From a virus, in IMG/VR virus record IMGVR_UViG_3300046692_000130, positions 30,595-94,594 of that record: a stretch of DNA of 64,000 nucleotides. One strand, 5' to 3'. A program made the position numbers and the translations under genes. Position 1 is the stretch's first letter. The number at the start of each line of letters is the position of its first letter. Of this stretch, positions 45,456 to 54,400 are shown piece by piece. A model generated the notes under the pieces. That model was not told where the DNA came from and made no database searches. It saw only the letters and a list, made by a program, of their open reading frames with translations.

Positions 45456-46385
45456 TTAGAACTCCTCTATCTGGCCCCGTACTGCTATGACACGTACTCC
45501 GTTTTGCTTCCACATCCTGACGACCGATGGCCGGTCATCGAGGACAATGTTGATCTGGTCTTTAGGCAGATCGTTCAAGATCTCTGCCTTCACTTCAACG
45601 TCGTTTCGCTTATCGCCTCCCCTTCGCATGAAGATGTAGTCGTATTCCAGTTGTGCGGTGTAACGTAACCAGTCCATCGTTTCGAACTGGTAGGTATCGG
45701 GTCTCGCGGATACCACGCAAATTGTGTGAGTCTTCGACAACTCACGAACCCAGCGGACAACGAAGTCCACGGGCTTATCTAGGTGCATCAGGGAAAAATA
45801 CAGATCCCAGTTCTTCTTGGCCGTGCCTGTGCCGCCACATGCATTACATTCGTCCTTGAACAGCGCGCCATGTGGCGAACACTGTACGCATTCACCATTG
45901 ACATGGTGTTCGCGATGAGAGCCATCAGCCAGTGTGCCGTCGATGTCGACCAGAGCGATAGGCTTCTCACCGAAGTCGATCATCCCGGCCCTTAGGGCCA
46001 TTCGATGAATGATCGCCTTGCCGACTGGCCTCTCGCGCTTACCGTCGCGGTCTATGCAAGTCTGCAGTGTCGAGCCAGTCCTGACCATTTCGAACGTGGC
46101 GTTGTGATCGGTTGCCTGATGACGCCACATGTCCTCATGCGACTTCAGCAGATTCGTGTCGTCGACGATCACGTTGTGCTGATGCTTGATCAACACACTC
46201 GCAATGGCTTTCTCTACATCGACGACAATCCTCTCGCGCTTGCCAGTCCACTTCCCACCGAACAGCATCGCTCGGAGATCATCGCGATTGACCCGGCCAG
46301 CATTGCCGTGCCTCTGTGCTATCTCTCGCGCCCGGGTCGACTTCCCTGCTCCCGGGAGATCTCGAAGCATAATCAGCTTGCTCAT
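45456..46385 (-). CDS. Polynucleotide 5'-kinase/3'-phosphatase (T4 PseT-like)
   Basis: LPGAGKST, NRDDLR, DDTNL, DIDGTLA and DDRPSV motifs. Confidence 0.92.
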   Translation of the reverse strand: MSKLIMLRDLPGAGKSTRAREIAQRHGNAGRVNRDDLRAMLFGGKWTGKRERIVVDVEKAIASVLIKHQHNVIVDDTNLLKSHEDMWRHQATDHNATFEMVRTGSTLQTCIDRDGKRERPVGKAIIHRMALRAGMIDFGEKPIALVDIDGTLADGSHREHHVNGECVQCSPHGALFKDECNACGGTGTAKKNWDLYFSLMHLDKPVDFVVRWVRELSKTHTICVVSARPDTYQFETMDWLRYTAQLEYDYIFMRRGGDKRNDVEVKAEILNDLPKDQINIVLDDRPSVVRMWKQNGVRVIAVRGQIEEF

Positions 46386-46672
46386 GCGTACTGGTGCTCC
46401 TTGATGACGCTGCCCAGACCGTAGGTGACGAGATTGTTGCGTCGGCGACGTCCTACAACCTGTTCGTCTGAGATCGCCCTGAAGCCGACCACAGCATGGT
46501 GACGGGGAGCATTACGGCGAGGAGCTTCAGTCGCCATGACGTCGTGCTGGTTCTGGCACTCTATGCAATGAATTGCGTTTGGCTTGGCTGTGAGGCGCTT
46601 TGCGCCAATCGGATTGCTGCAACTGACGCAATTCCGTTCCGTGGTGCTCTGTTGGATAGCTACGTTATTCAT
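46382..46672 (-). CDS. TraR/DksA C4 zinc-finger protein
   Basis: CVSCSNPI..KRL.A.P.A..CIECQ. Confidence 0.8.
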   Translation of the reverse strand: MNNVAIQQSTTERNCVSCSNPIGAKRLTAKPNAIHCIECQNQHDVMATEAPRRNAPRHHAVVGFRAISDEQVVGRRRRNNLVTYGLGSVIKEHQYA

Positions 46673-46721
46673 TGGCCCGTTTGATCCCTTTCGTCACTCT
46701 TTAGTACTTGTTACTGTCAGC

Positions 46722-46751
46722 ATAATAACTATTGTATCGTCTGAGAGTCAA
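46722..46751 (-). promoter_or_regulatory. Sigma70-like promoter with CGATACA motif in the spacer
   Basis: TTGACT-18-TATTAT. Confidence 0.55.
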
Positions 46752-46760
46752 GAAAAATGT

Positions 46761-46812
46761 TGCACTTATTTGCAGTCAGATAGCTGCATTTATTTGCAGT
46801 CAGATAGCTGCA
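46761..46812. repeat. 24-bp tandem duplication including the NAMPT stop codon
   Basis: TTATTTGCAGTCAGATAGCTGCA at 46766 and 46790. Confidence 0.85.
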
Positions 46813-48194
46813 AGTTCGCGTATCTCAGAGAGATACTGGAACCTAGTCAGATAACCATCGTTGAAAACAGTTTCAAGCTGGTCGCCCCACCTGTCTGCCC
46901 CCGGAACAGTCACATAACCAATACCGTTGACGTAAATCAGCGACTGCCGACCGCGCAATGAAGACTTGCCCGGGTCAGTGATCGGATCCTTGAAGACCTC
47001 GACCTCTTCGCCATTGATGACGGCTGCAGAGCACTTGATCGCAACCTTCTGAGTGTCGCGGTTAACCTTCTGGAGCAGACCGGCCCCCATGCCTACCACG
47101 ACGTTCTCTGTGCTCCATCCTGCAGCGGTGACGGCTTCCATCAGACTGCGAATGCTCTGGAGGTTCATGCCATCGCTCCAGATGATCCCTACGACCGGCG
47201 AGAGCACACGGTAGCCCTTGGAGTTCAGTCTGTAGCCAAAGCGGTGAGCAAGGGCCATCAGAAGCTCAGGAATGATCTTCACAAAGTCGCCAGAGTCTGG
47301 CCGAATTACAACCTTGCCCTTGCGCTTGAGGATCTGATCACGGAAGGTGCCGCCGATGATGTTGCTCGTGAAGTTGTAGACGTCGTAGCTGTCAGCAACC
47401 AGCGAGATGATCCCGGTTGGGAACTGCTTCAGGGCGTGACCCACCGCGTCTGCCTCATGGAACCTGCCCCAGCTTGTCGTTGTCGAATGCTCGGTCGCCG
47501 GTACGGAGTAACCAGAGATCTTCCCAGCGCCATAGAACTGGTTCAGCAATGCGTTCGCTGGCTTCGTATCCGTGCCAAGGAAGTTGATCAGATGAGCAGC
47601 ACCGCCGATGGCAGCTTGCTCGTCTGACGTCACGCCACGATAACCCATGTCGTGTAACTGGAACGGCAGAGCGTCCAGAGTGTCAGCGGTCTTCACAAGG
47701 TATTCCTTGAGCACCATCTTGACCTCACGCGAGAGCGTAGCGACGGCAGAGCCATACCACATGTGCTGCAGCTTGGTCTCGGCCCAGCCGGTCAGGAACG
47801 CGCACTCTGGATCCGTATTGCGAATCGTCATCATGACGTTTGAGACAGGCACGGGAATGCCTTCACGCACGGCCTTGATCTCAAGTGGCAGACGACCACC
47901 ATAGACGTTGACGATCCTCATCCACTTCTTTGTGGGATAGTTGAAGTTGCTGCCAGCGAAGTGTTCACGCGCTTCATCAGCGGCAGCGCTGACATCACCT
48001 GCAGTGACGACAGAGCCTTCAAAGTTTGCCTTCAGGGCGTACTGCAGACCGAACAGTGTGCTCGTGCTGAACTCGCCGCCCCGGGCAGAGTAATAGTCGT
48101 ATAGCTCGGTCGTCCCGGGCTTGTAGAAGTACGGATGTGAATCCTTGTAGCTATCCGTCTTTTGAAGTGTTGAGAGATGCAGTGGACGTGCCAT
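46800..48194 (-). CDS. nadV: Nicotinamide phosphoribosyltransferase
   Basis: TDSYK.SH, LHDMGYRG, SVPATEHS, DSYD and RPDSGD motifs. Confidence 0.92.
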   Translation of the reverse strand: MARPLHLSTLQKTDSYKDSHPYFYKPGTTELYDYYSARGGEFSTSTLFGLQYALKANFEGSVVTAGDVSAAADEAREHFAGSNFNYPTKKWMRIVNVYGGRLPLEIKAVREGIPVPVSNVMMTIRNTDPECAFLTGWAETKLQHMWYGSAVATLSREVKMVLKEYLVKTADTLDALPFQLHDMGYRGVTSDEQAAIGGAAHLINFLGTDTKPANALLNQFYGAGKISGYSVPATEHSTTTSWGRFHEADAVGHALKQFPTGIISLVADSYDVYNFTSNIIGGTFRDQILKRKGKVVIRPDSGDFVKIIPELLMALAHRFGYRLNSKGYRVLSPVVGIIWSDGMNLQSIRSLMEAVTAAGWSTENVVVGMGAGLLQKVNRDTQKVAIKCSAAVINGEEVEVFKDPITDPGKSSLRGRQSLIYVNGIGYVTVPGADRWGDQLETVFNDGYLTRFQYLSEIRELAAI

Positions 48195-49117
48195 TAGTTG
48201 GTGAGGATTCCCTTCGCGATGAGATGAAGCTTCAGCATGTCGAACAGGGGTTGGTGAGCAGGTTCGATGTTCTGGCGTGAGATTGCATCGACGTGGAACC
48301 ATCGCACTGCGCTCACGTCATCGTTTGCTTCGGCTGCGAGTGTTTCCTTTGCCCAACCGAGGAACATCACCGTCTTGATGACTTCAGGTGTGTTCTGGTA
48401 GCGCCAGTCCTTGATCAACGAGGATCCAACGTATTCGACACAGCGCAACTTGACGTTCGACTCTTCTTCAGCCTCGCGTATTGCATCAGTCTCGTAATCG
48501 AGGCTGGTACCTTCGGCGTGACCACCAACGAAGCGCCAGTTCTTCTCTCCCGGCTTCTGTGCCATCAGCAACGAGACGCCACGCTGACTACAGAATGCGA
48601 TTGCGACGTCGACTGTGGGGATGACACGAGAGAAGCTGTTGAGCATGCCATGGATCACGCCAGCGCGGAACGCTTCAGAGTTTGGCATCATGTTCATGAC
48701 CTTCTCGCGAAGCTTGGTCGCGGAGATGTCGGCGCTCACTTCGACCTGTATCTCTTCCGTCTTGTGTCTGCCCATGTAGTCAGCAATGAAGCTGTCGCGC
48801 CCACCGTAGAGCGTCACGGAGGCGAACTGGGCGATTTCATGAATCTTGTTGTCGAGATCCTTCGACCACTCCTCATTCGTCTTGCGATCAGTGATGGGTA
48901 GAAGAATGAACTCGGGGTATTGCTCCTGAATCATGCGACGACGCGCTTCGAAGGACAGCGGGTCATGCTTAGTTGGAGGAGTGGCTGGGCATCCGATGAA
49001 GACGATGACGCGATTGCCGTGGTTCTGCTTGACCGTCCTCAACAGTGCGATATGACCTTCAGTCAGAAAGTGTGTCTGGAAGCGTCCGACAACGACGCCA
49101 TAGCTTGGAGTGCTCAC
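48194..49117 (-). CDS. Bifunctional NMN adenylyltransferase / Nudix hydrolase (NadM-Nudix)
   Basis: GRFQ..LTEGH, PL.FE.R, ISATKLR and GG..E...AIREAEEES motifs. Confidence 0.9.
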   Translation of the reverse strand: MSTPSYGVVVGRFQTHFLTEGHIALLRTVKQNHGNRVIVFIGCPATPPTKHDPLSFEARRRMIQEQYPEFILLPITDRKTNEEWSKDLDNKIHEIAQFASVTLYGGRDSFIADYMGRHKTEEIQVEVSADISATKLREKVMNMMPNSEAFRAGVIHGMLNSFSRVIPTVDVAIAFCSQRGVSLLMAQKPGEKNWRFVGGHAEGTSLDYETDAIREAEEESNVKLRCVEYVGSSLIKDWRYQNTPEVIKTVMFLGWAKETLAAEANDDVSAVRWFHVDAISRQNIEPAHQPLFDMLKLHLIAKGILTN

Positions 49118-49164
49118 TTCGGATCCTTTGTGCTTGGGGTTTGGTGGTAGTAGGGGTTCGCAGT

Positions 49165-49275
49165 TTAGAGCAAGATGAAGATGAACGCGAGTAGCAGCCA
49201 GATGAACCAATGGTGCAGAATCAAAGCACCGAGGCCCAGTAGCCAGAGGATGATGAGGATCAATACGATCAGCAT
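49165..49275 (-). CDS. 36-aa hydrophobic membrane peptide (lmo0937-like; not in ORF track)
   Basis: MLIVLILIILWLLGLG... Confidence 0.5.
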   Translation of the reverse strand: MLIVLILIILWLLGLGALILHHWFIWLLLAFIFILL

Positions 49276-49472
49276 TACGTTTTCTCTTTTCGTTTAGGTT
49301 GTCTCGGGGGTTTCACCCAGAGCAGAGGCTTCTTGTGACCACACTTGCACCGGAACTTCGGGTCGTAGTAGAGCGTCACCCACTTAGGTTGGCTCGTTGC
49401 TATCGACCCGCAGCCCGGGCAAGTGATCTTTCGTTCTGTAAGGACAACGGTCAAGTGGTTCACTGAATGCAT
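49275..49472 (-). CDS. Small Zn-ribbon protein
   Basis: CPGC...CKC. Confidence 0.45.
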   Translation of the reverse strand: MHSVNHLTVVLTERKITCPGCGSIATSQPKWVTLYYDPKFRCKCGHKKPLLWVKPPRQPKRKEKT

Positions 49473-49510
49473 GAAATTTCATGCTGGTTAGTAGGCCAAA
49501 AAAAAAGGGA

Positions 49511-50476
49511 CTAGGCTGCTATTGTCCTCTCGATGCGCTTGATGCGCCCTTCAGATACCGCGCTAAGAAACTTGGCAACGTACGCTGGGTTGTACATAGC
49601 CATCACCGCAGGATAGCTCTCGACAGCGAACTCTCTGAACCATCCAGAGCACAACGTCGTGCCGATCCTCATCACTGCCCATTCGAATGCATCACGCGAT
49701 AACACTGGCCGTCCCATGTCGTACATCATCGGGACAATGCCACGCTCCAGTGCGATCACATACGCCTCTTCAAGCACAGCCTGTACACGCTCCTTCAACG
49801 TCAACTGGAAGAACATTGCCTTGGAGCATTTGACAGTGTTTCCCGGTTCCTTGAAGTACTCAAACATGGGCCTCTCGCGATGCGCCATGATCTCGTGCAT
49901 CTCGTCATGGATGAAGATCTTGTTCGACACGTTGTCGTTGAAGAACTCCGTCGACGACTTCATCAAGCTGGGCGTCTTCAGCTTGCCCAGACGCTTCTCC
50001 GTCTCTTGCTCACGCTGCTTGGTGATCTCGGCCAGTGCATCAGCGTCTCCCACCATGGTCTTGAGCAAGTGGTAGTCTTCCATGTGCTTCTTCCAATTGC
50101 GTGGATAGTAGCGGTGTGAGCGCTTCATTGAATACAGCATGTCTGGCGTTGCGTAGTGCGCCAACTGACTGTAGACGTGTCGCTCCCGGGGAAGCATTCG
50201 CTCTTTGGCCAACTGCATGTATGCAGCGTCCGAGGATCCCTTCTTGGCGACAGTGATCTCAAAGATCGACTTGTTCGCTTTGATGGTGTAGTGCGTGGGA
50301 CTCAGCATCTTGATTTCGTGATACTGGTCGTTAGCGGCTACATCCAAGAGAAGTGTCTGAAGCTCATCCTCATTGCAGAGGATGTCTGTGTCGACCGGCG
50401 AACGGAAGTCAGGAATGTTGCCGGTCGATCTGCTGAACAGTGAATATGCAAGGGCAGTAGAACCAATGATCAGCAA
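49511..50476 (-). CDS. Phage nucleotidyltransferase-fold protein
   Basis: IIGS.AL...DTD, MKRSH..WKKH..DY, HD.MH and EEAYVIALER motifs. Confidence 0.7.
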   Translation of the reverse strand: MLIIGSTALAYSLFSRSTGNIPDFRSPVDTDILCNEDELQTLLLDVAANDQYHEIKMLSPTHYTIKANKSIFEITVAKKGSSDAAYMQLAKERMLPRERHVYSQLAHYATPDMLYSMKRSHRYYPRNWKKHMEDYHLLKTMVGDADALAEITKQREQETEKRLGKLKTPSLMKSSTEFFNDNVSNKIFIHDEMHEIMAHRERPMFEYFKEPGNTVKCSKAMFFQLTLKERVQAVLEEAYVIALERGIVPMMYDMGRPVLSRDAFEWAVMRIGTTLCSGWFREFAVESYPAVMAMYNPAYVAKFLSAVSEGRIKRIERTIAA

Positions 50477-50488
50477 GCGGTCTGACTC

Positions 50489-50758
50489 CTATTCGTCGTC
50501 TTCGTCGTCTTCGTTGTCGTCCTCATCGTCGTCGCCGTACGATTCCTCGTAGGACTCCTCGTAGGACTCGTCGTAGTCAGCATTTTCCTGATCCTGCAAC
50601 TGCTCCAGCGTGACACCGACTTCAATGTCCAGCCCAGCAGCCTTGGCTTCAGCAACGATGGCGGTGATCTGTTCGTGTGCGGTCTCGGCGGTCGTGTCTC
50701 CGTTTCGTACTTCCGTAATCAACATTTCAATTTTGCTCTGTGTGTCGGCGAGGTTCAA
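50489..50758 (-). CDS. Very acidic small protein with YEES repeats
   Basis: YDESYEESYEESYGDDDEDDNEDDEDDE C-terminus. Confidence 0.65.
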   Translation of the reverse strand: MNLADTQSKIEMLITEVRNGDTTAETAHEQITAIVAEAKAAGLDIEVGVTLEQLQDQENADYDESYEESYEESYGDDDEDDNEDDEDDE

Positions 50759-50811
50759 AGTTGCGTGTTCCCTTTCGTGGTTTGTGTTTGTGGTTGTGTT
50801 GCTAATCGCGT

Positions 50812-51242
50812 CTGGAAGGCTGGCCCTGCGCCAACTACTCCGCGTTCGGCTGCACCCTTTCGGCCCTATGCAGCTTCCAGTAAATGTTTATCTGTATCGT
50901 CTGTGTTTCAAATCTTGATGGCGTTCACTAGCAGAAGGAGCACTCTCAATGACTCCTGTGTGGGCATACTCACAGTACAAACGTCTCCAGCCGCCCTCTC
51001 CCTCTGTTCTCCAGTGGCCTTGTTGGCTGGGAACCACCCCAGCTTCTCTTCGAGCGGGTTGGCCCCCGCACCTAGCCGATGGTTTATGTCGGCTCGTCTC
51101 GTAGTGGTAAGTAGTAGTAGAACCACGCCAGTGCTCTGCAATCACTTTGCTGCGCCGTTCCCGCAAGGGCGAACCTTGTCGTACGGGTAACTTCGTATTG
51201 GCCATACATGCGTCGAGCCAATAGACTATAAAGCGCTGGCGT
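50812..51242 (-). ncRNA. Candidate structured RNA region (about 430 nt)
   Basis: Two multi-branch folds plus several hairpins in a long gap without a convincing ORF. Confidence 0.4.
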
Positions 51243-51252
51243 CATTCGACTA

Positions 51253-51522
51253 CTACTTCACTATCCTGTCTGCCACGTACTTCTTGTTCTCGCTGATGAC
51301 GTGGTCGATGTAGTAGCCGACCGCCATGTCGCTGGGATCCCAGAAGGGCAGCGAAGAGGAGTACCACCCGAACGCATTACCTTCTGTGAAGTACAGGTAG
51401 CCATTGCCACGAACCAAGCGCTCGTCAAGACCAGCCCTACGGAGATACTTGTTGATCGTCGCGCAGTTGTTCGTGTGGATCCCGCGTTCTTCCTCAGTCA
51501 CTGTGATTATCTGCTTAGGCAT
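51253..51522 (-). CDS. Hypothetical protein
   Basis: GGAG RBS; LVRGNGYLYF. Confidence 0.55.
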   Translation of the reverse strand: MPKQIITVTEEERGIHTNNCATINKYLRRAGLDERLVRGNGYLYFTEGNAFGWYSSSLPFWDPSDMAVGYYIDHVISENKKYVADRIVK

Positions 51523-51736
51523 TGACGGTCTCCGTGATCTTGACGAACTCAGCAATGTAGATAACGCCTTCGAGCTTGGTCATCTTACGCGGTGACAGTT
51601 TGATCTGCCAACGGGTACCGCACTTGTTGCGCTTGCATTTGCGTGTGACGATCTGGATAGCCTCGACCATTGCGTCGATGGGAGCCAGCTTGCATTCACA
51701 TACTGGGCAAACGAACTTGAGTGGTTGTCCAAGCAT
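51515..51736 (-). CDS. Com-like Zn-finger protein
   Basis: CPVC.CKL...KC...CGT. Confidence 0.55.
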   Translation of the reverse strand: MLGQPLKFVCPVCECKLAPIDAMVEAIQIVTRKCKRNKCGTRWQIKLSPRKMTKLEGVIYIAEFVKITETVNA

Positions 51737-51757
51737 CCTTCGGGCCTCACTGTCATA

Positions 51758-51786
51758 ACAATACGGAAGTTTTGCCGAACCGTCAA
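51758..51786 (-). promoter_or_regulatory. Sigma70-like promoter
   Basis: TTGACG-17-TATTGT. Confidence 0.65.
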
Positions 51787-51992
51787 GCTTTTTATTGCAT
51801 TACTACAGTTTTATTTTTGGTCGGAGTCTCGGGGTGCAACTTGCCTATTCCAGTGAAGCTGCTCCCTGAAGCAGTTGTTGGAGCAGACGCCCTGACCGAC
51901 TGCGTACTGGCGATAGCACCATGTGCATAGCCGCCGTCGCTGCTTTGGCCGTGCTCTGAATGCGTTCCTGATGCGATGTAGTAGGTTCATGG

Positions 51993-52565
51993 CTACGCCT
52001 CCTTGCGCTGCCTTTCTTCTGGGAAATAGGTCTGGTCGATCTCGCGGTCGATCAACGTCTGGAGATCGTCGCCGACCTTGTTCTTGTCGTAGTAGTACTC
52101 ATGCAAGGACGACCATGAGTGGACGCCCGTCTTGCGCTCACCGACGCGCAGGAAGGTCTTGATACCCAGACCGAGGCAGAGCAAGGTAACGAATTGGCCG
52201 AAGGTCTCAGGTCTTACCGGGAACCCCTCGCGCACCTTCTCGATCTTCCGCATGATGTACAGGTGAGCTTCTGCGGTTCTGGAATTGTTGACGTCTGCGT
52301 TGTCGATGTGTAGCTGCCACCCGTACACGCCACGGTCTTTGCGGTCGCGATTCCACTGGGCACGGAACCGTAGATTGTTGAACATCAGCCCAGTCGACGT
52401 ATAGTCGCTTATCCACTGGAGCTTATCGAGACCATCGGTGGTGTCGACGAAACGTAGGTTTATGACTCCGAAGTGATCCCCGCTGGTGCTGGTCAGGTCG
52501 AGCATGCTCTTGGGGTTTATGAGGAGTGCGATGTTCTTTACGTCGTACTTCTTAGGCTGTGCCAT
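51993..52565 (-). CDS. Hypothetical early protein
   Basis: GGAG RBS; directly after a promoter. Confidence 0.7.
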   Translation of the reverse strand: MAQPKKYDVKNIALLINPKSMLDLTSTSGDHFGVINLRFVDTTDGLDKLQWISDYTSTGLMFNNLRFRAQWNRDRKDRGVYGWQLHIDNADVNNSRTAEAHLYIMRKIEKVREGFPVRPETFGQFVTLLCLGLGIKTFLRVGERKTGVHSWSSLHEYYYDKNKVGDDLQTLIDREIDQTYFPEERQRKEA

Positions 52566-52608
52566 GGTGGTTTATCTCCGGTGCAGTATTGTTCTGCTTA
52601 CAAGAAAA

Positions 52609-52665
52609 ACAATACTGATTCCCGGGCGTGGCGTCAACAAAATTCTTACAGTATCGCTAAAGATT
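52609..52665 (-). promoter_or_regulatory. Early promoter with upstream AATCTTTAGCGATAC element
   Basis: TTGACG-17-TATTGT, then N5-TTGTAAG. Confidence 0.75.
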
Positions 52666-52668
52666 TTT

Positions 52669-52869
52669 TTAGGCTGCGAGAGCGAAGACGAATTGCTGCT
52701 CGGGTTGCGACACATTCCACTGATTGATCAGTTGGTACGCCTCAAGCTGGGGCATACCGGCCAGCGTCGACGGTGGTAAGCCGACTGCTTTGAAGTGCGC
52801 TTCGTTGAAGGGGATCTCTGCGATCTCTCCGGTTGATATGGCGCGTCGTAGAAAATGCTTAGGTCTCAC
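52669..52869 (-). CDS. Hypothetical protein
   Basis: GTGA-coupled chain. Confidence 0.5.
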   Translation of the reverse strand: MRPKHFLRRAISTGEIAEIPFNEAHFKAVGLPPSTLAGMPQLEAYQLINQWNVSQPEQQFVFALAA

Positions 52870-53279
52870 TGCTCTGCTCCTATGCTAAGTTTTGCGTTGC
52901 TCTTACGTTTGGACTCGCGGAACTTCACACATCCACAATTCTCTCTATCCTCTCCCGGCTGTCCTGTCTTTTCCGGTTTAGCCAGTGAGTAAAAGATGCA
53001 ATCTTTCTGACTTCCTGCTGAGTGGTGGCCGAGAGTATGACCGCACACGCAGATACGATCCAAGCGTCCGTCAAAAGCGTATTGTCCGTTGCTCTCGCGC
53101 TTGCGTGTTCTCTCAATCATCTGCTGCAGGTATGCAAGCTGCTCCCTGCGTGTATTGCCGCCGCCCTTGGGGAATACGTGAACTCCATTGGGCAGGACTG
53201 CGAACTTCAGGACGCCGGTATAGGTAATGCCCAGCGCGCTGACTGCTTCGTCGAACTCGTCTCTGGTCAGATCCTTCAT
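52866..53279 (-). CDS. Hypothetical protein with Cys/His Zn domain
   Basis: CVCGH...HH...C...CGC. Confidence 0.6.
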   Translation of the reverse strand: MKDLTRDEFDEAVSALGITYTGVLKFAVLPNGVHVFPKGGGNTRREQLAYLQQMIERTRKRESNGQYAFDGRLDRICVCGHTLGHHSAGSQKDCIFYSLAKPEKTGQPGEDRENCGCVKFRESKRKSNAKLSIGAEQ

Positions 53280-53806
53280 GGCCTTACCTCGCTGTCTTCA
53301 GGGTCAACGACGTAGTACGTTGGATTGCTTCGTGAGTGGTCGGGCGATACAAGCAGCTTGCCCGGGTTGGTCAGCGCGCACTCAAGCTCTATTGAGTTGC
53401 CAGTCTCGCACATGTTCCAGAGGAGGCTGACGCCGACATAGCGCTTGACCGCTGCCATGGAGGGCGCTGCCATAACGAATCGTGCTTGCCAAGTAGGTGA
53501 GTAGTTACGCGGATTGCGCCATTCGCCACCCCAGCCATAGACCTTCAGGTTCTTCTTCTCGACCAATGTGAGATCCGCGACGGTCGGCGCGAAGGAGTTG
53601 ACACCCGGGTAGCACCAACGGTCAGGTAGCGTCTCTGGGGTCATGCGAACCTGCCACTCACTCTCAGGTGTTGGCTTATTGGTAGGTTTGTCGTTGGCGT
53701 CTAACTCGTAGTTGATGTAGATCCGAGTGACGATACCCACGCATGGCCCCACATGACTTGCGCCGGGGTATGACACACGATCTCCGAGTTTGGGTGCTTT
53801 GTTCAC
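53276..53806 (-). CDS. Hypothetical protein
   Basis: Translationally coupled chain. Confidence 0.6.
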   Translation of the reverse strand: MNKAPKLGDRVSYPGASHVGPCVGIVTRIYINYELDANDKPTNKPTPESEWQVRMTPETLPDRWCYPGVNSFAPTVADLTLVEKKNLKVYGWGGEWRNPRNYSPTWQARFVMAAPSMAAVKRYVGVSLLWNMCETGNSIELECALTNPGKLLVSPDHSRSNPTYYVVDPEDSEVRP

Positions 53807-54201
53807 TTCCCTGCTCCTTGACGCTGGATATAGTCTGTACTCGCGTATATGCGCTCTTTGATTCGGTCGGCGACCATCTCAGCGCTTCTCGCCTTCGCCT
53901 TGTTCTTGCGGTAGTCTGGCTCACCTTGTGTGCTCTCGGCCATGTCTGGCAGCATCTCACCTAAGCGCTCGGCCATGTCTTCGTAGAGGTACAACTTCAA
54001 CGTCGTACCCGTCTCGCGCATCTCATCCTGCGCGTCCTTCGTCTCTGCTAGATCGAGCGTCGGCCAGTAGGCCCACTCAAACGCGTCACGCTCCGTGGGA
54101 GTGAAAGCTACGAGAGGCTCCAGATCTTTCAGGATGGCCTCTGCCACTGTATCGGTAGGTACTTTCTTCGGAATCACTTGCCGATCACGAGTCTTAGCCA
54201 T
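53803..54201 (-). CDS. Hypothetical protein
   Basis: GGAG RBS. Confidence 0.6.
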   Translation of the reverse strand: MAKTRDRQVIPKKVPTDTVAEAILKDLEPLVAFTPTERDAFEWAYWPTLDLAETKDAQDEMRETGTTLKLYLYEDMAERLGEMLPDMAESTQGEPDYRKNKAKARSAEMVADRIKERIYASTDYIQRQGAGK

Positions 54202-54400
54202 GGTGCGCTCCGTTCCTATATCAACCAAAGAGTTATTGCTACGAGAACCACAAAGATTGCAAGGGTAATTGCAAATCCTTTCAGCAATTTCTTGGTTGGA
54301 ATTTCCTTCGATTCATTATTCATTTTAGCTGCTCTCCGTTTCGCAAAAAGAACCATGGCAATTCAGTAACTACATGTGAATCATTGGGAATCAGTGTTGC

